Source: Planctomycetota bacterium (lineage in GTDB: Bacteria; Planctomycetota; GCA-002687715; CAIWVZ01). From it: 64,000 bases of DNA. Shown here piece after piece: positions 27,268 through 37,240 of this stretch. The DNA lies in NCBI GenBank assembly GCA_044222185.1, contig JBGANV010000003.1:416001-480000 (forward strand). The letters are read 5' to 3'. Within the stretch, counting starts at the first letter, position 1; each line of letters starts with the position of its first letter. The position numbers and the translations under genes are program-made. The notes under the pieces were generated by a model that saw only the letters and a program-made list of their open reading frames with translations, was not told where the DNA came from and searched no databases.

Positions 27268-29401
27268 TCACCGCTCCGGCGGCAGGTGGCGTGCCGTTCG
27301 GGCACGCGTGATCTGCGATTCGAGGACGTCCAGCTCGTCGGCATCGACGCGGAGCGTGGTGGACGTCGGGCCGTGGCCGACCGCGATTTGTGCCGCGGGT
27401 GAGATGACGAACGATTGATCGTCGTCACGACACCGGACCACGACGACGGCGCGCAGCGCGCACGGCTCGGGGACGGGCACGGCAAGTGCGCCTGAGGCTG
27501 ACAGGGCGCATTCGTGATGGAACGGATCGCGATCCCAGGGGTGCGCCGGCTCGGGGCACGCAATCACGCGGAGCAAGACGCGTCGGCCAAAGCGCGAGAG
27601 ACGATCGAACGGCTCGAGGGCGATCGAAAGCGGAATGGCCGGCCGGAGCGTGACGTCGACGGCAGCCGCGGGCGCGGGGACATAGGCCGTGCGCCAACCG
27701 GCATGGACCACGCGGATCTCCGCCGCATCGCGCAGGATCCACGCGTCGCACACGCCGTCGGCTCCGACGATCGGCATGTCATGTTCAGCCAGCCACGACG
27801 CCTTGCCGATCTCCACGCGAGCCCCAGCGGCTGGGCGCCCATCGGGCAGGTGGACCGAAACGCGGATGCGGCGCACGAGCGCCGTGATGTCGAACGGGTT
27901 CAGCTCCGGCGGCGCGAGCGTCTCGCCCTCGCGAATGGTGAACGTTCCGATGGAGACCTTGGGCGCGCCCTCGATCAGGAGCTGGAGGAGGAACTCGTAT
28001 TGACCGGGCGCGAGCGTGCAGAGATCCTGGGACGAAGTCTCTTGTGTCGCGAACATCCACGTGAGTTCGTCACGACCGGTACGGACGTCGCGAATCACGA
28101 GCTTGCCTTCGAGGCTCTTGGGCGAGCGGAACCAGCCCACGAGTTTTCCCGGACGGTGAAGCACGATCTTCACCGCGCGGTCCCCGGCGACGAACGGAAC
28201 GACGGTGATCGGGTAGCCGTCGAGGTTGGCGCTGAGATGGCGGCCCTCTTCCCAATCCTCGGTCGGGATGGTGAAGCTGCCCTCGGAACCCGTTCGCACA
28301 TCGCCAAAGAATGAATTGAGCATCAAATCCGGCGCGTGCTCCCGAAGAAGGTTCTCGACCTTGCCGTCTCTCGACGTCCAGACCGCCACACCCGCCAGCG
28401 GCTCGCCAGCCGCATCGACGACCGTTCCGGCGACGAGCACGGAGCGCCGAGACACCGTGCGCGTTCCGAGGTCGCGGACTTGCGCGGGTGACATCGCGGC
28501 CAGGTCGACCCAGGCGAAACGCCAGGAGTCGGCTTCGCGTATCGGTCGCAAGCGCAGTGACTTCGCAGAGACCGGCCGTTCCTGCGAGTCGACGATGAAG
28601 ACACCCGGGACGCCGATCGTGGCGACGCCCTCGCCATCGGTGCGACAACGCGAGAACTCGCCGATCGAGCCAGGCCCCTCGAAGAGGGTCGACAGCTCCT
28701 CGTTCGCGAACGGATGTCCCGCCTCGTCGACGATCCGCACGCGAACGGTCGCCCGCGCGGGGGCGAGATGCACGGTGATGACGTCGGCGAACCCGTCGCG
28801 CGCGAACGCGCCAAAACGGCGATGCTTTTCCTCGAGTGCGTTCGCCAGGACCCACGCCCCGTCGAGCACGTGAACGTCGACGTCTCGGCGGTACACGGCG
28901 CCATCCCGCTGGGCCGATGCCAATACGACCTCGCCCGTCGTCGTCGTGACGACGGACGTGACGTCGGATTCCAAGTCCTGAAACTCGCCGCCGCCCCACT
29001 GCGTTTCGTATTCGACGACGACCGGCGACGTCACGAGCTTCTCATCCGGGCCCACGACCCGGACCAGCACGTCTCCGAGGGGCGGCAGGCGAATCTCCAC
29101 GGATCCCGAGGGAGGCGCGAGGGAATCGATCCAAAGCGATGGATTCGTTCCGTCGGAGATGGGAATGGCGGCCTGGATCGCCAGGTCCGGCGCCACGATC
29201 CGATCGTTCGCGCGCCGCGCGCGTCGCAGCGACGATCGGCGAGGTTTCCGCCGGCGGCTTGGTTTCCGAGGCCCTGCGATCGAGGGCGCCATCCTGGCTC
29301 GCACCGTGATTGCGAAACGTGAAAAGCACCGCCGCGACGACGACGGCGACCGTGATCGCCAACGCCACCGTCCTGCGACGGAACGTGCTCACGCCAGTCA
29401 C
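27268..29401 (-). pseudogene. Membrane-anchored carboxypeptidase-regulatory-like repeat protein, frameshifted near 29200
   Basis: The N-terminal anchor (RRRTVALAITVAVVVAAVLF) is in the 29401 frame. The repeats (VRIVDEAGHP, GTVVDAAGEPLAGV, LPDGRPAAGARV) are in the 27268..29304 frame. Confidence 0.7.
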
Positions 29402-29626
29402 GGGTGACTCCGGCGGTGAGCGTGAACGCCACGGATCACCGGCGAGCGCCGAGTGTACACCGGGCGTCGCGAGGTGGTGCGTCGCTCGGTCGCGAGGTCA
29501 CTGCGGAAAGGCCGTGCGGTGCGTGAGGCAGGGCGGGAGCCCTGCCATCCGGCCAGGCGGGAGCCTGGCGCTCCGCGCAGCGCGCCCTGAACGAGCGACG
29601 GGGCGATAGCGGAAGAGGAATGGGCT

Positions 29627-30577
29627 CTACCCGGCGGCGCCGCGAGTCGCGAGCCAATCGACGACGGGCTGACGTCCGGCTTCGCGCGCGACCGCAAGCG
29701 GTGTGCGGCCAGATCCGTCGCGGAGATCGAGTGGGGCGCCCGCCGAGACGAGGAGCTCGACGACTTCCAGGCTCCCGCTGCGCGCGGCCTCGTGGATCGC
29801 GCTCGTGTGGCCGTCCATGAACGAGGCAAGCGTCCGATCGGCACCGAGGCGCTGTTTCACGAGCCACGTGAAACCCCAGCTCGCCGGAGCACAGATGCCG
29901 AACGCGCGCGGCGTGCAGCGCAGCCGATCGTCGCTCGCTTGCGGATCCGCCCCGGCGGCAAGGAGCGCGGCCACGATCTCGGCCGAGCCTCCAAAATGAG
30001 CCCAGTGGAGCGCGGTCCCACCCATGTAGGCGCGGAACGAGAGGTCCGGCCCCTTGGTGAGGAGAAACCGGGCGACCTCGACGTGGGCGTTGCGACACGC
30101 GATGTAGAGGGCGTCCGACACTTGATCGCGCGCGCCGGGCGGCGGGCTCGGCAGGAGACTCCCGTCGGGTGCGTAGCGCGAGCTTCCGGTCTGCGACGAA
30201 CCGGGAATCAATCCGCCGCCAGCATCGAAGAACGCGGTGACCTGCGGAAGGAGCCCCATCCCAGCCGCGCAGAAGAGGTCGGGCACGACGCCGGCGCGCA
30301 CCATCGTGTGCGCGAACACCATGGCGTTGCAGGTGACGGCCCACGACAGCGGCGTGTGATTCCACTGCCCGAACCTCGCCTTGGGATCGGCACCGAACGC
30401 GAGGAGGAGGACCCCGATGTGCGCGTCGTCGAACTCAGCGGCCCGGTGCAATGGACTCGCGCCGTCGGCGGCCGCGCCGCGCGCGAGTTGCGGACGGCTG
30501 CGCAGAAGCGACTCCACGAGGGGTCGGTCACCGGTGCGAATCGCCGAGAACAGGTCCTCGAGGTCGGCGTCGGTCAT
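29627..30577 (-). CDS. Ankyrin repeat protein
   Basis: SPLHRAA, TPLSWA, TALHWA, AIHEAA..G..EVVELLV.AGA and GRTPL. Confidence 0.92.
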   Translation of the reverse strand: MTDADLEDLFSAIRTGDRPLVESLLRSRPQLARGAAADGASPLHRAAEFDDAHIGVLLLAFGADPKARFGQWNHTPLSWAVTCNAMVFAHTMVRAGVVPDLFCAAGMGLLPQVTAFFDAGGGLIPGSSQTGSSRYAPDGSLLPSPPPGARDQVSDALYIACRNAHVEVARFLLTKGPDLSFRAYMGGTALHWAHFGGSAEIVAALLAAGADPQASDDRLRCTPRAFGICAPASWGFTWLVKQRLGADRTLASFMDGHTSAIHEAARSGSLEVVELLVSAGAPLDLRDGSGRTPLAVAREAGRQPVVDWLATRGAAG

Positions 30578-30612
30578 GAGTCCTGATCAGGCTCCACGAA
30601 TCGTGCCGGCCG

Positions 30613-32985
30613 TCAACGATCCGTCCCCGATTCGCCCTCCTCGGCATCCGTGATCTGGTCCAGGAGCACCCGCGCCGGGCCGAAGCTCGGGTCGATCTGC
30701 AACGCACGCTGACATGCCGCGGCGGCCTTCCGGGCCATCTGACCGAAGTTGTAGAAGCGAGCCTTCGAGAACCAGACGAGCGCCGAATCGGGTTCGAGCT
30801 CGGTGGACGCCTCGATGGCCTCGACGGCTTCCAGGCTCCGACCACTCACGGCGAGCGCGGCCGCGAGGAGTCCGCGAGCGAGGCCGGACCGCGGGCGAAG
30901 GGCCACTGCAACCTGCAGATGCTCCAGGCTGACCGCCGCGCCCGCCGCGCGGGCCGCCGGACCGTCGGCCACGTGCTTCAGCGCGATCGCCCCACGGACG
31001 AACTGCGCGAGGTACGAATCCGGCCGGCGTCGGATCGTGAGGTCGAGCAGCCTCTCCCCCTCGTCGAATCGTGACTTCACGCCGAAGAGGGCGCCCGCCA
31101 GGTGAAAGAGGTCTTCCGCCGATCGCGCTCGAAGCGCGTCGTCCGTCAGCATCGGCCCGAACGTGTCCTCACCGGTTTCGGTGTACCGGCGACTGGCGGC
31201 ATCGACGGCGGTGTACCAAGGGTCCTGTTCGCTCGATGCGATCCAAGCCTCTGCCGCGCGTCGCGCGACGTCGAGTTCCGCATCCCTCGGAGCAAAACTG
31301 CCCGCAGGTGCAGGCATCCCCCACAACTCCTGCGAACGACGCAGTGCGTGCGCGGCCATGCGCCACAGCTCGAGGTTGCGGGCGTGCAGGTCGGCCATCC
31401 GCTGGGCGTCGGCCGCCGCCGAAGAGGCACCGAGTTCGAGTCCGAACTGACGCCAGAACCGCAGGGCCTGCTTGGCGACGCCGGTGAAGTCCATTTCGCC
31501 GCCGAAGCCGTAGCTCATCGTTCCGAGGGTCGCATCGAGATCTTCGATGTTCTCGCGCAGCAGCTGATCCCGCTGCAGGAAGTCGAGTCGCTTGCGCTCG
31601 GCCTCGGCGCGATTGCGCTCGGCCTCCGCGCGATCACGCTCGGCGACGGCGACGACGCGAAGGCGTTCTTCGACGTCGGCCTTGCCGGACGCGCCGATGC
31701 CGTAGCTCAGGAGCGCGGACGCGATGAGCACGAGCACGACCAGGCCCGTGAGCGTACTCGCGAGCGCCGTGTTTCGCTGGCCCCAGCGAAGCAGGCGGAG
31801 GACCGGGCCCGCCGCCCGCGCGCGAATGGGTTCGAGCTTCCGCACGCGCCGCAGTTCGTCAGCGAAGTCGGCGGCGGACTGGTAGCGGCGGTCGCGGTTC
31901 TTCTCGAGTGCCGTCTCGATGACGACCTTGAGGTCACGGGGGACGGCCGGGTTGGCCCGCCGCAGATCGGGCGGGTCGTCGGCGATGATCGTCTGGTACA
32001 GGGCCTCGCGCGTCGGAGCCGCGAACGGCCGCCGCAGGGTCAGGCACTCGTACAGCGTGACGCCGAGCGACCAGACGTCCGTGCGGCGATCGAGTCGGAT
32101 GCGTTGCCCGGTGATCTGCTCCGGACTCATGTAGGCCGGCGTCCCGAACAACTCGCCCGTGCGTGTGAGCGTCTGCGTATCCGAGCCCTCGTCTCGTGCG
32201 AGACCGAAGTCCATGATCACGGGCTCGCCGTCCGGCGTGACCATGATGTTCGCAGGCTTGATGTCGCGATGGATGACGCCCGCCTCGTGCGCCGCGTGGA
32301 GCGCCCGCGAGGCCTTCTCGACGATCTCCAAGAGGCGCACCACGTCCGCGAACCCGGGGACTTTCAGCCCCACGGCCGCGGACGTCACGGAGTCGGTGCT
32401 CGGCCGTGCCGGCGCCGGATCGTCTTCCAACTCGACGAGCGACGAGTCGGCCGCGGTGGGGCCCGCGCTGCGCGTGTTCGAGATCAGGTTCGCCAGCGTC
32501 TCGCCCTCGATGAATCGCATGGCGATGTAGGCGATCCCATCGGTCACGTCCGCATCGTGGACTGCGCAGATCCCCGGATGATCGAGCTGCGATGAGACCT
32601 CGGCTTCGCGCCGGAACCTCTGAACGGTCCCCTCGCTGCCCGGCCCCAATCCAGGAAGCACCTTCAGCGCCACGCGACGGTGCAGACGCTCGTCCTCCGC
32701 GAGGTACACGATCGCCTGACCGCCGCGCCCGAGTTCCCGCACGACGCGGTAGGGCCCGATGCGGCTCCCGGGCTCGCCCGGGCGGCCGCGCGGCGAGACC
32801 GGGCGCGCCACGACGGTCGCCGGTTGTGCGCTGCCGAGAGCGGCGCCGTACTCGCGGGCGATCGACACGTCGTCGCCGGGAAAGCGCGCGAGGTACTCCG
32901 GCAGATCCAAGACACGCCCCACGGCCACGTCGGCCGAGAGCGCATCCAGGAAGCGTTGAAGCGGTGTTCGCGAGTCGCTGCTCAT
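30613..32985 (-). CDS. Transmembrane Ser/Thr protein kinase with C-terminal TPR-like region
   Basis: GRGGQAIVY, VALK, RFRREA, HRDIKPAN, DFGLAR and GTPAYMSPE. TM segment. TPR-like A..L.P motifs at the C-terminus. Start chosen by homology of the N-terminus to the other kinases. Confidence 0.93.
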   Translation of the reverse strand: MSSDSRTPLQRFLDALSADVAVGRVLDLPEYLARFPGDDVSIAREYGAALGSAQPATVVARPVSPRGRPGEPGSRIGPYRVVRELGRGGQAIVYLAEDERLHRRVALKVLPGLGPGSEGTVQRFRREAEVSSQLDHPGICAVHDADVTDGIAYIAMRFIEGETLANLISNTRSAGPTAADSSLVELEDDPAPARPSTDSVTSAAVGLKVPGFADVVRLLEIVEKASRALHAAHEAGVIHRDIKPANIMVTPDGEPVIMDFGLARDEGSDTQTLTRTGELFGTPAYMSPEQITGQRIRLDRRTDVWSLGVTLYECLTLRRPFAAPTREALYQTIIADDPPDLRRANPAVPRDLKVVIETALEKNRDRRYQSAADFADELRRVRKLEPIRARAAGPVLRLLRWGQRNTALASTLTGLVVLVLIASALLSYGIGASGKADVEERLRVVAVAERDRAEAERNRAEAERKRLDFLQRDQLLRENIEDLDATLGTMSYGFGGEMDFTGVAKQALRFWRQFGLELGASSAAADAQRMADLHARNLELWRMAAHALRRSQELWGMPAPAGSFAPRDAELDVARRAAEAWIASSEQDPWYTAVDAASRRYTETGEDTFGPMLTDDALRARSAEDLFHLAGALFGVKSRFDEGERLLDLTIRRRPDSYLAQFVRGAIALKHVADGPAARAAGAAVSLEHLQVAVALRPRSGLARGLLAAALAVSGRSLEAVEAIEASTELEPDSALVWFSKARFYNFGQMARKAAAACQRALQIDPSFGPARVLLDQITDAEEGESGTDR

Positions 32986-33397
32986 GCGTCGGTTGCGGCC
33001 GCGGTGCCGACGGGCCGCGCGGTCGAAGGCGGAGATGATACCGCGCCGCTGCGGGCGTAGGCCGCGGAGCCTGGACGGAGCTGCGCGGTTGCACGGGATT
33101 TCGGCGGGATCGGATGCGGGCGGTGAGCCTGGGCCGCACCGTGATCGCCGTTGGTTGGACCGCGCGAGACGCGCGCCAATCCTGCCGATTCCCGACGCGA
33201 CGTCGGTGAATCGACGCTCCTCACGAAAGCCGATCGGAGCGTTCCCTGCGACCCACCGTTCGTACTCGTCGGACGCGGGTGACCGAGCCTTCATCGTTGC
33301 AGCGGAACTCTCCTGATCGCCACGGCATTGTCACCGGGACAAGTACGCCGTCGCGCGGGCGGACCTGCCACTACGATGGGCGCCGCCCCAGCAAGGA

Positions 33398-35479
33398 ATG
33401 ACCTCGATGAACAATCGCCCGGCCGCATCGGTGACCGCCGCCTTCCTCACGATCCTGCTCGCCTGTTCCACTCCGATGGCGTCGGCGCAGGAGTCGCGCC
33501 CGCGGCGCTTCACCCTCGACGACCTGGGAATGATCACCCGCGTCGCCGATCCGCAGATCTCGCCAGACCAGCGCTCGATCGTGATCCTCGTGTCACGCGC
33601 GAACTACGAAGACAACCGCTACGACGCCGAACTCGTGCTCGTCGACGTGGAGACCGGGAACCGGCGCGTTCTTACCCGCACTCGCCGCCACCTGGGATCG
33701 GCACGCTGGTCGCCGTCCGGCGACCGGCTGGCGTTCGTCGCGGATGCGCCGCCTCGCGGCAAGAAGAAGGCCGCGGGCGATGAGCCGGCGCAGCAGATCT
33801 TCATCATGCCGATGAACGGCGGCGACGCGCTTCAGATCACCGACGCACCCGACGGCGTCCAGCAGTTCGCCTGGCGCCCGGACGGAGACGCGATCGCCTA
33901 CGTCACCGAGGACGAGCCTGCCGATCGCGAGGCGCGGAAGAAAGGGATGGACGAGTTCGAGGTCGGGAACAACGACTCGCTCGCGACGTCCGCGCCGCGC
34001 CCCGCGCACATCTGGCTGATTCCCGCAGCCGGCGGCGAGGCGAGGCGGCTGACTTCCGGCTCGTGGAGCCTCCCCATGAGCGAACCGCCCGGTCCTCCGT
34101 CGTCGGCGATCTCCTGGTCGCCCGACGGCAAGGCCATCGCGTTCGTTCGGCAGGAGCGCCCCCATTTCGGAGACTCGGATCTGACCATCGTGCAAGTGCT
34201 CGACGTCGATTCGGGGGCGATCCGATCGCTCACGTCGCGCAAGCTCCTGGAATCGACGCCGACGTTCAGCCCGGACGGTTCCACCATCGCGATGTGGCAT
34301 CCGCGCGGTGACGACCCCAATCAGGTCAACGAGATCGAGGTCGTGCCCGCGACCGGCGGGACTCCACGCACGATCACCAGCTCGATCGACCGCTGCCTCT
34401 ACCAGTCGCGCTGGATGCCGGACGGCAAGTCGATCCTGACCGGGGGCAACGACGGCACGCGCGTTTCGCTCTGGATCCAGCCGCTGGACGGCCCGCCGCG
34501 AAAGCTGGCCCTCGGTGCCGCCAACCCGTCGTGGTCCTTCTGGATCGACGCGACGGTCGGGAAGTCCGGGATGATCGCGTTTGCGGGCAGCGAGCCACAC
34601 CATCCATCCGAGCTGTTCGTGATGGCGTCGCCGGATGCCGCGCCGCGCCGGCTGACGTCGTTCAACGATGCGGTCGAAGCACTCGACCTGGGAGCCGTGG
34701 AGCGGATCGAGTGGAAGGGACCGGACGGGTTCCAGGAGGACGGCGTGTTGGTCCTTCCGCCCGGCTTCGACGCCACGCGGAAATACCCGCTCGTGCTGAT
34801 GATTCACGGCGGGCCCGCGGCAGCCTCGACCCAGGCCTTCGCGCCTGCCGTGCAGGCGTTCGCGGCCCGTGGATGGGTGATCTTCCAACCCAACTATCGA
34901 GGAAGCGACAACCTCGGGAGCGCCTACCAGAAGGCGATTCTCGGCGACGCCGGCGACGGCCCGGGCCGCGACGTGATGTCGGGAATCGAAGCGGTGAAGG
35001 CCCGGGGATTCATCGACGCGGAGCGCATCGCGGTCTCGGGATGGTCGTACGGCGGCTACATGACGTCGTGGTTGATCGGACACTACGGGGTGTGGAAGGT
35101 CGCGGTCGCCGGCGCTGCGGTGACCAATCTGATCGATCAGTACGACCTGTCGGACTTCAACGTCCAGGAACGGTACTCGTTCCACGGCCGATCGCCGTAC
35201 ACCGGTGACGCGGCGAAGGACTACGTCGCGCAGTCTCCGATCACGGCGATCGCAAACGCGAAGGCTCCGACGCTCGTGCTCTCGACGACGGGCGACGCCC
35301 GCGTGCCCGTCGCTCAGTCGTACCGGCTCTACCACGCGCTGAAGGACAACGGAGTGGAGACGAAGTTCGTGGCCTTCCCGGTGGGCGGACATTTCCCCGG
35401 GGACCCGGTGCGGGCCCGCTCGGTATATCGCCACTGGATGAACTGGATCGCCGATCACCTCGGCGCGACGGATGCGTGA
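33398..35479 (+). CDS. Secreted S9 family peptidase (prolyl oligopeptidase/acylaminoacyl peptidase-like)
   Basis: Signal peptide ASA|Q. WSPDG propeller repeats. IHGGP, NYRGS, catalytic GWSYGG, D (GDARVP) and H (GGHF). Confidence 0.95.
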   Translation: MTSMNNRPAASVTAAFLTILLACSTPMASAQESRPRRFTLDDLGMITRVADPQISPDQRSIVILVSRANYEDNRYDAELVLVDVETGNRRVLTRTRRHLGSARWSPSGDRLAFVADAPPRGKKKAAGDEPAQQIFIMPMNGGDALQITDAPDGVQQFAWRPDGDAIAYVTEDEPADREARKKGMDEFEVGNNDSLATSAPRPAHIWLIPAAGGEARRLTSGSWSLPMSEPPGPPSSAISWSPDGKAIAFVRQERPHFGDSDLTIVQVLDVDSGAIRSLTSRKLLESTPTFSPDGSTIAMWHPRGDDPNQVNEIEVVPATGGTPRTITSSIDRCLYQSRWMPDGKSILTGGNDGTRVSLWIQPLDGPPRKLALGAANPSWSFWIDATVGKSGMIAFAGSEPHHPSELFVMASPDAAPRRLTSFNDAVEALDLGAVERIEWKGPDGFQEDGVLVLPPGFDATRKYPLVLMIHGGPAAASTQAFAPAVQAFAARGWVIFQPNYRGSDNLGSAYQKAILGDAGDGPGRDVMSGIEAVKARGFIDAERIAVSGWSYGGYMTSWLIGHYGVWKVAVAGAAVTNLIDQYDLSDFNVQERYSFHGRSPYTGDAAKDYVAQSPITAIANAKAPTLVLSTTGDARVPVAQSYRLYHALKDNGVETKFVAFPVGGHFPGDPVRARSVYRHWMNWIADHLGATDA

Positions 35480-35554
35480 TCCCATCCGGCGTGTAGAGTC
35501 TCGCTCGTGGTCGGACGGGCCGCGACCGGTCCCTCCCCCACCTGGAGCGAGCCC

Positions 35555-35964
35555 ATGGGAACTGCAAAGCGTTCGAAGGACGTGACTGGCGCCGACGTGA
35601 TCGAGGCCGCGCTCGCGCTGCCTGGAGCGGAGCGCGGAATCGCGTGTGCCGGTACGTCGCTCGAGGCCACGACGGTCACGACCGGCGGCAAGGCGTTCGT
35701 CTTCGTGGGAAAGAAGGACGTCCGAATGAAACTCGGCGAGTCTCTCGCCGCATTCCAGACCATGGTGAAGGCCGAGCCCAAGCGCTTTCTGCCGGCGCGG
35801 GCGGATGGATCACGATGAGGTTCGACGAGAACGGCCGCGTACCGGCGGAGGCCAAGGGCGCGTGGCTCGGCGAAAGCCAGGCGCTGTTCGCCTCATCGGC
35901 GAAGAAGACCGCGTCGCCCAAGCCCAAGCCCAAGCCCAAGGCCGCGCGCCGCAAGGGCTCCTGA
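35555..35964 (+). pseudogene. MmcQ/YjbR-like protein with a 1-nt frameshift at about 35787
   Basis: ATG after GGAG gives ...ALALPGAE...GGKAFVF..MKL..EPKRF. It continues in another frame as SAGAGGWITMRF..WLGESQAL. One extra T in the TTT at 35786-35788 restores the ORF. Confidence 0.75.
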
Positions 35965-35986
35965 ACCCACTGACGACGAGCCCATC

Positions 35987-37231
35987 GTGCCCGAGCGCCA
36001 TTTCCCCGTTCGCCCTGACCTCGGCAGACTCACGGCCGAAGCCGAAGCTCTGCACCGCGCGATCCGGGACGGCGACGCCGATGCCAGAGCAACCGTTCGA
36101 CGCAACCACCCTGACGCATCCGCCGCGGCGAACCCGAGCGTCGACGATGCCAGGCTCGCTCTCGCTCGCAGCTACGGATTGCCTGACTGGTCGCGTCTCG
36201 TCCTCGCGTGTCAGTTGACCGACGCCATCTGGCAGGACGACGTCGACGCGGTTCGTGAGCTGGTCACACGCACGCCATCCCTCCTCGTCGAGGATGCCCG
36301 CGGGGTGAAGGGCAACTGGGGACCGCCCATGTCGTACGCGGCGAACCTGGGGCGCGACCGCATCATCGAGCTTCTTTGGGGCCTCGGCGCAACCGACCTC
36401 CAGTTCGCCTTCGATCGCGCGTGCCTGCAAGGTCGCACCGACACGGCGCGCAAGCTCCATGCGCTCGGCGCTCATCCCGCACGGGACGCTGCGATGGGGC
36501 CGTGCGAAACGCAGAACGGAGAGGGGCTGGCGCTGATCCTCGAGCTCGGAGCGACGCCGTCGGACGAGCACGGAGATCCGCTCGCGCCGGTCGCCATGGT
36601 CCTCGAGACCTACTGCCGCAACCCCGCAGGCAAGCACCGATGCCTCGAACTCCTCGCGCGCCACGGGGCTCCGCTTGCGGACACACCGCCGATGGCGGTC
36701 CACCGGGGACGTCTCGACCTCCTCGAGTCCCACCTCTCGCGCGACCCGGCACTGTTCTCGAGGACGTACTCCCACGGCGACATCTGGCCCCGTGAACTCG
36801 GGTGCCATGCGGACGAGTCGCTGGCGCTCCACGGCTCGCCGCTCGCCGGCGGAACCCTGCTCCACCTCTGCGTCGACAACGACGAGATCGAGCTGGCCCG
36901 CTGGATGATCGCGCACGGAGCCGACGTGAACGCGAGGGCTGCCGTCGATGCCGACGGATTCGGCGGCCACACGGCACTCTTCGGCTGCGTCGTCTCCCAA
37001 CCCCACCGCGTCGGGCTGCGGAAGGACGACGGCTTCGCCCGGCTGCTGCTGGAATCGGGCGCGGACCCGACGATCCGCGCGTCGGTCCGCAAACGGTTGC
37101 GCTTCGTCGCCGACGAGACGATGCACGAATATCGCGACGTCACGGCATGGGAGTTCGGAGCCCGATTCCACGACCAGGACTGGGTGAACCCCGCGGTGAT
37201 GGCGCTCCTCGCTTCCCGAGCGACGAAGTGA
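35987..37231 (+). CDS. Ankyrin repeat protein with N-terminal P.RPDL..L..EA..L helical domain
   Basis: N-terminal RPDL...ARLALARSYGLPDW. Ankyrin motifs TLLHLCVD, HGADVNA, GHTALF and LLESGADP. Confidence 0.9.
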   Translation: MPERHFPVRPDLGRLTAEAEALHRAIRDGDADARATVRRNHPDASAAANPSVDDARLALARSYGLPDWSRLVLACQLTDAIWQDDVDAVRELVTRTPSLLVEDARGVKGNWGPPMSYAANLGRDRIIELLWGLGATDLQFAFDRACLQGRTDTARKLHALGAHPARDAAMGPCETQNGEGLALILELGATPSDEHGDPLAPVAMVLETYCRNPAGKHRCLELLARHGAPLADTPPMAVHRGRLDLLESHLSRDPALFSRTYSHGDIWPRELGCHADESLALHGSPLAGGTLLHLCVDNDEIELARWMIAHGADVNARAAVDADGFGGHTALFGCVVSQPHRVGLRKDDGFARLLLESGADPTIRASVRKRLRFVADETMHEYRDVTAWEFGARFHDQDWVNPAVMALLASRATK

Positions 37232-37240
37232 CGGCCGCAA

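Noticed and set aside
35917-35940. (CCCAAG)x4 tandem repeat
   Set aside because: It is in frame and encodes a low-complexity PKPKPKPK basic tail, with no sign of a separate role.
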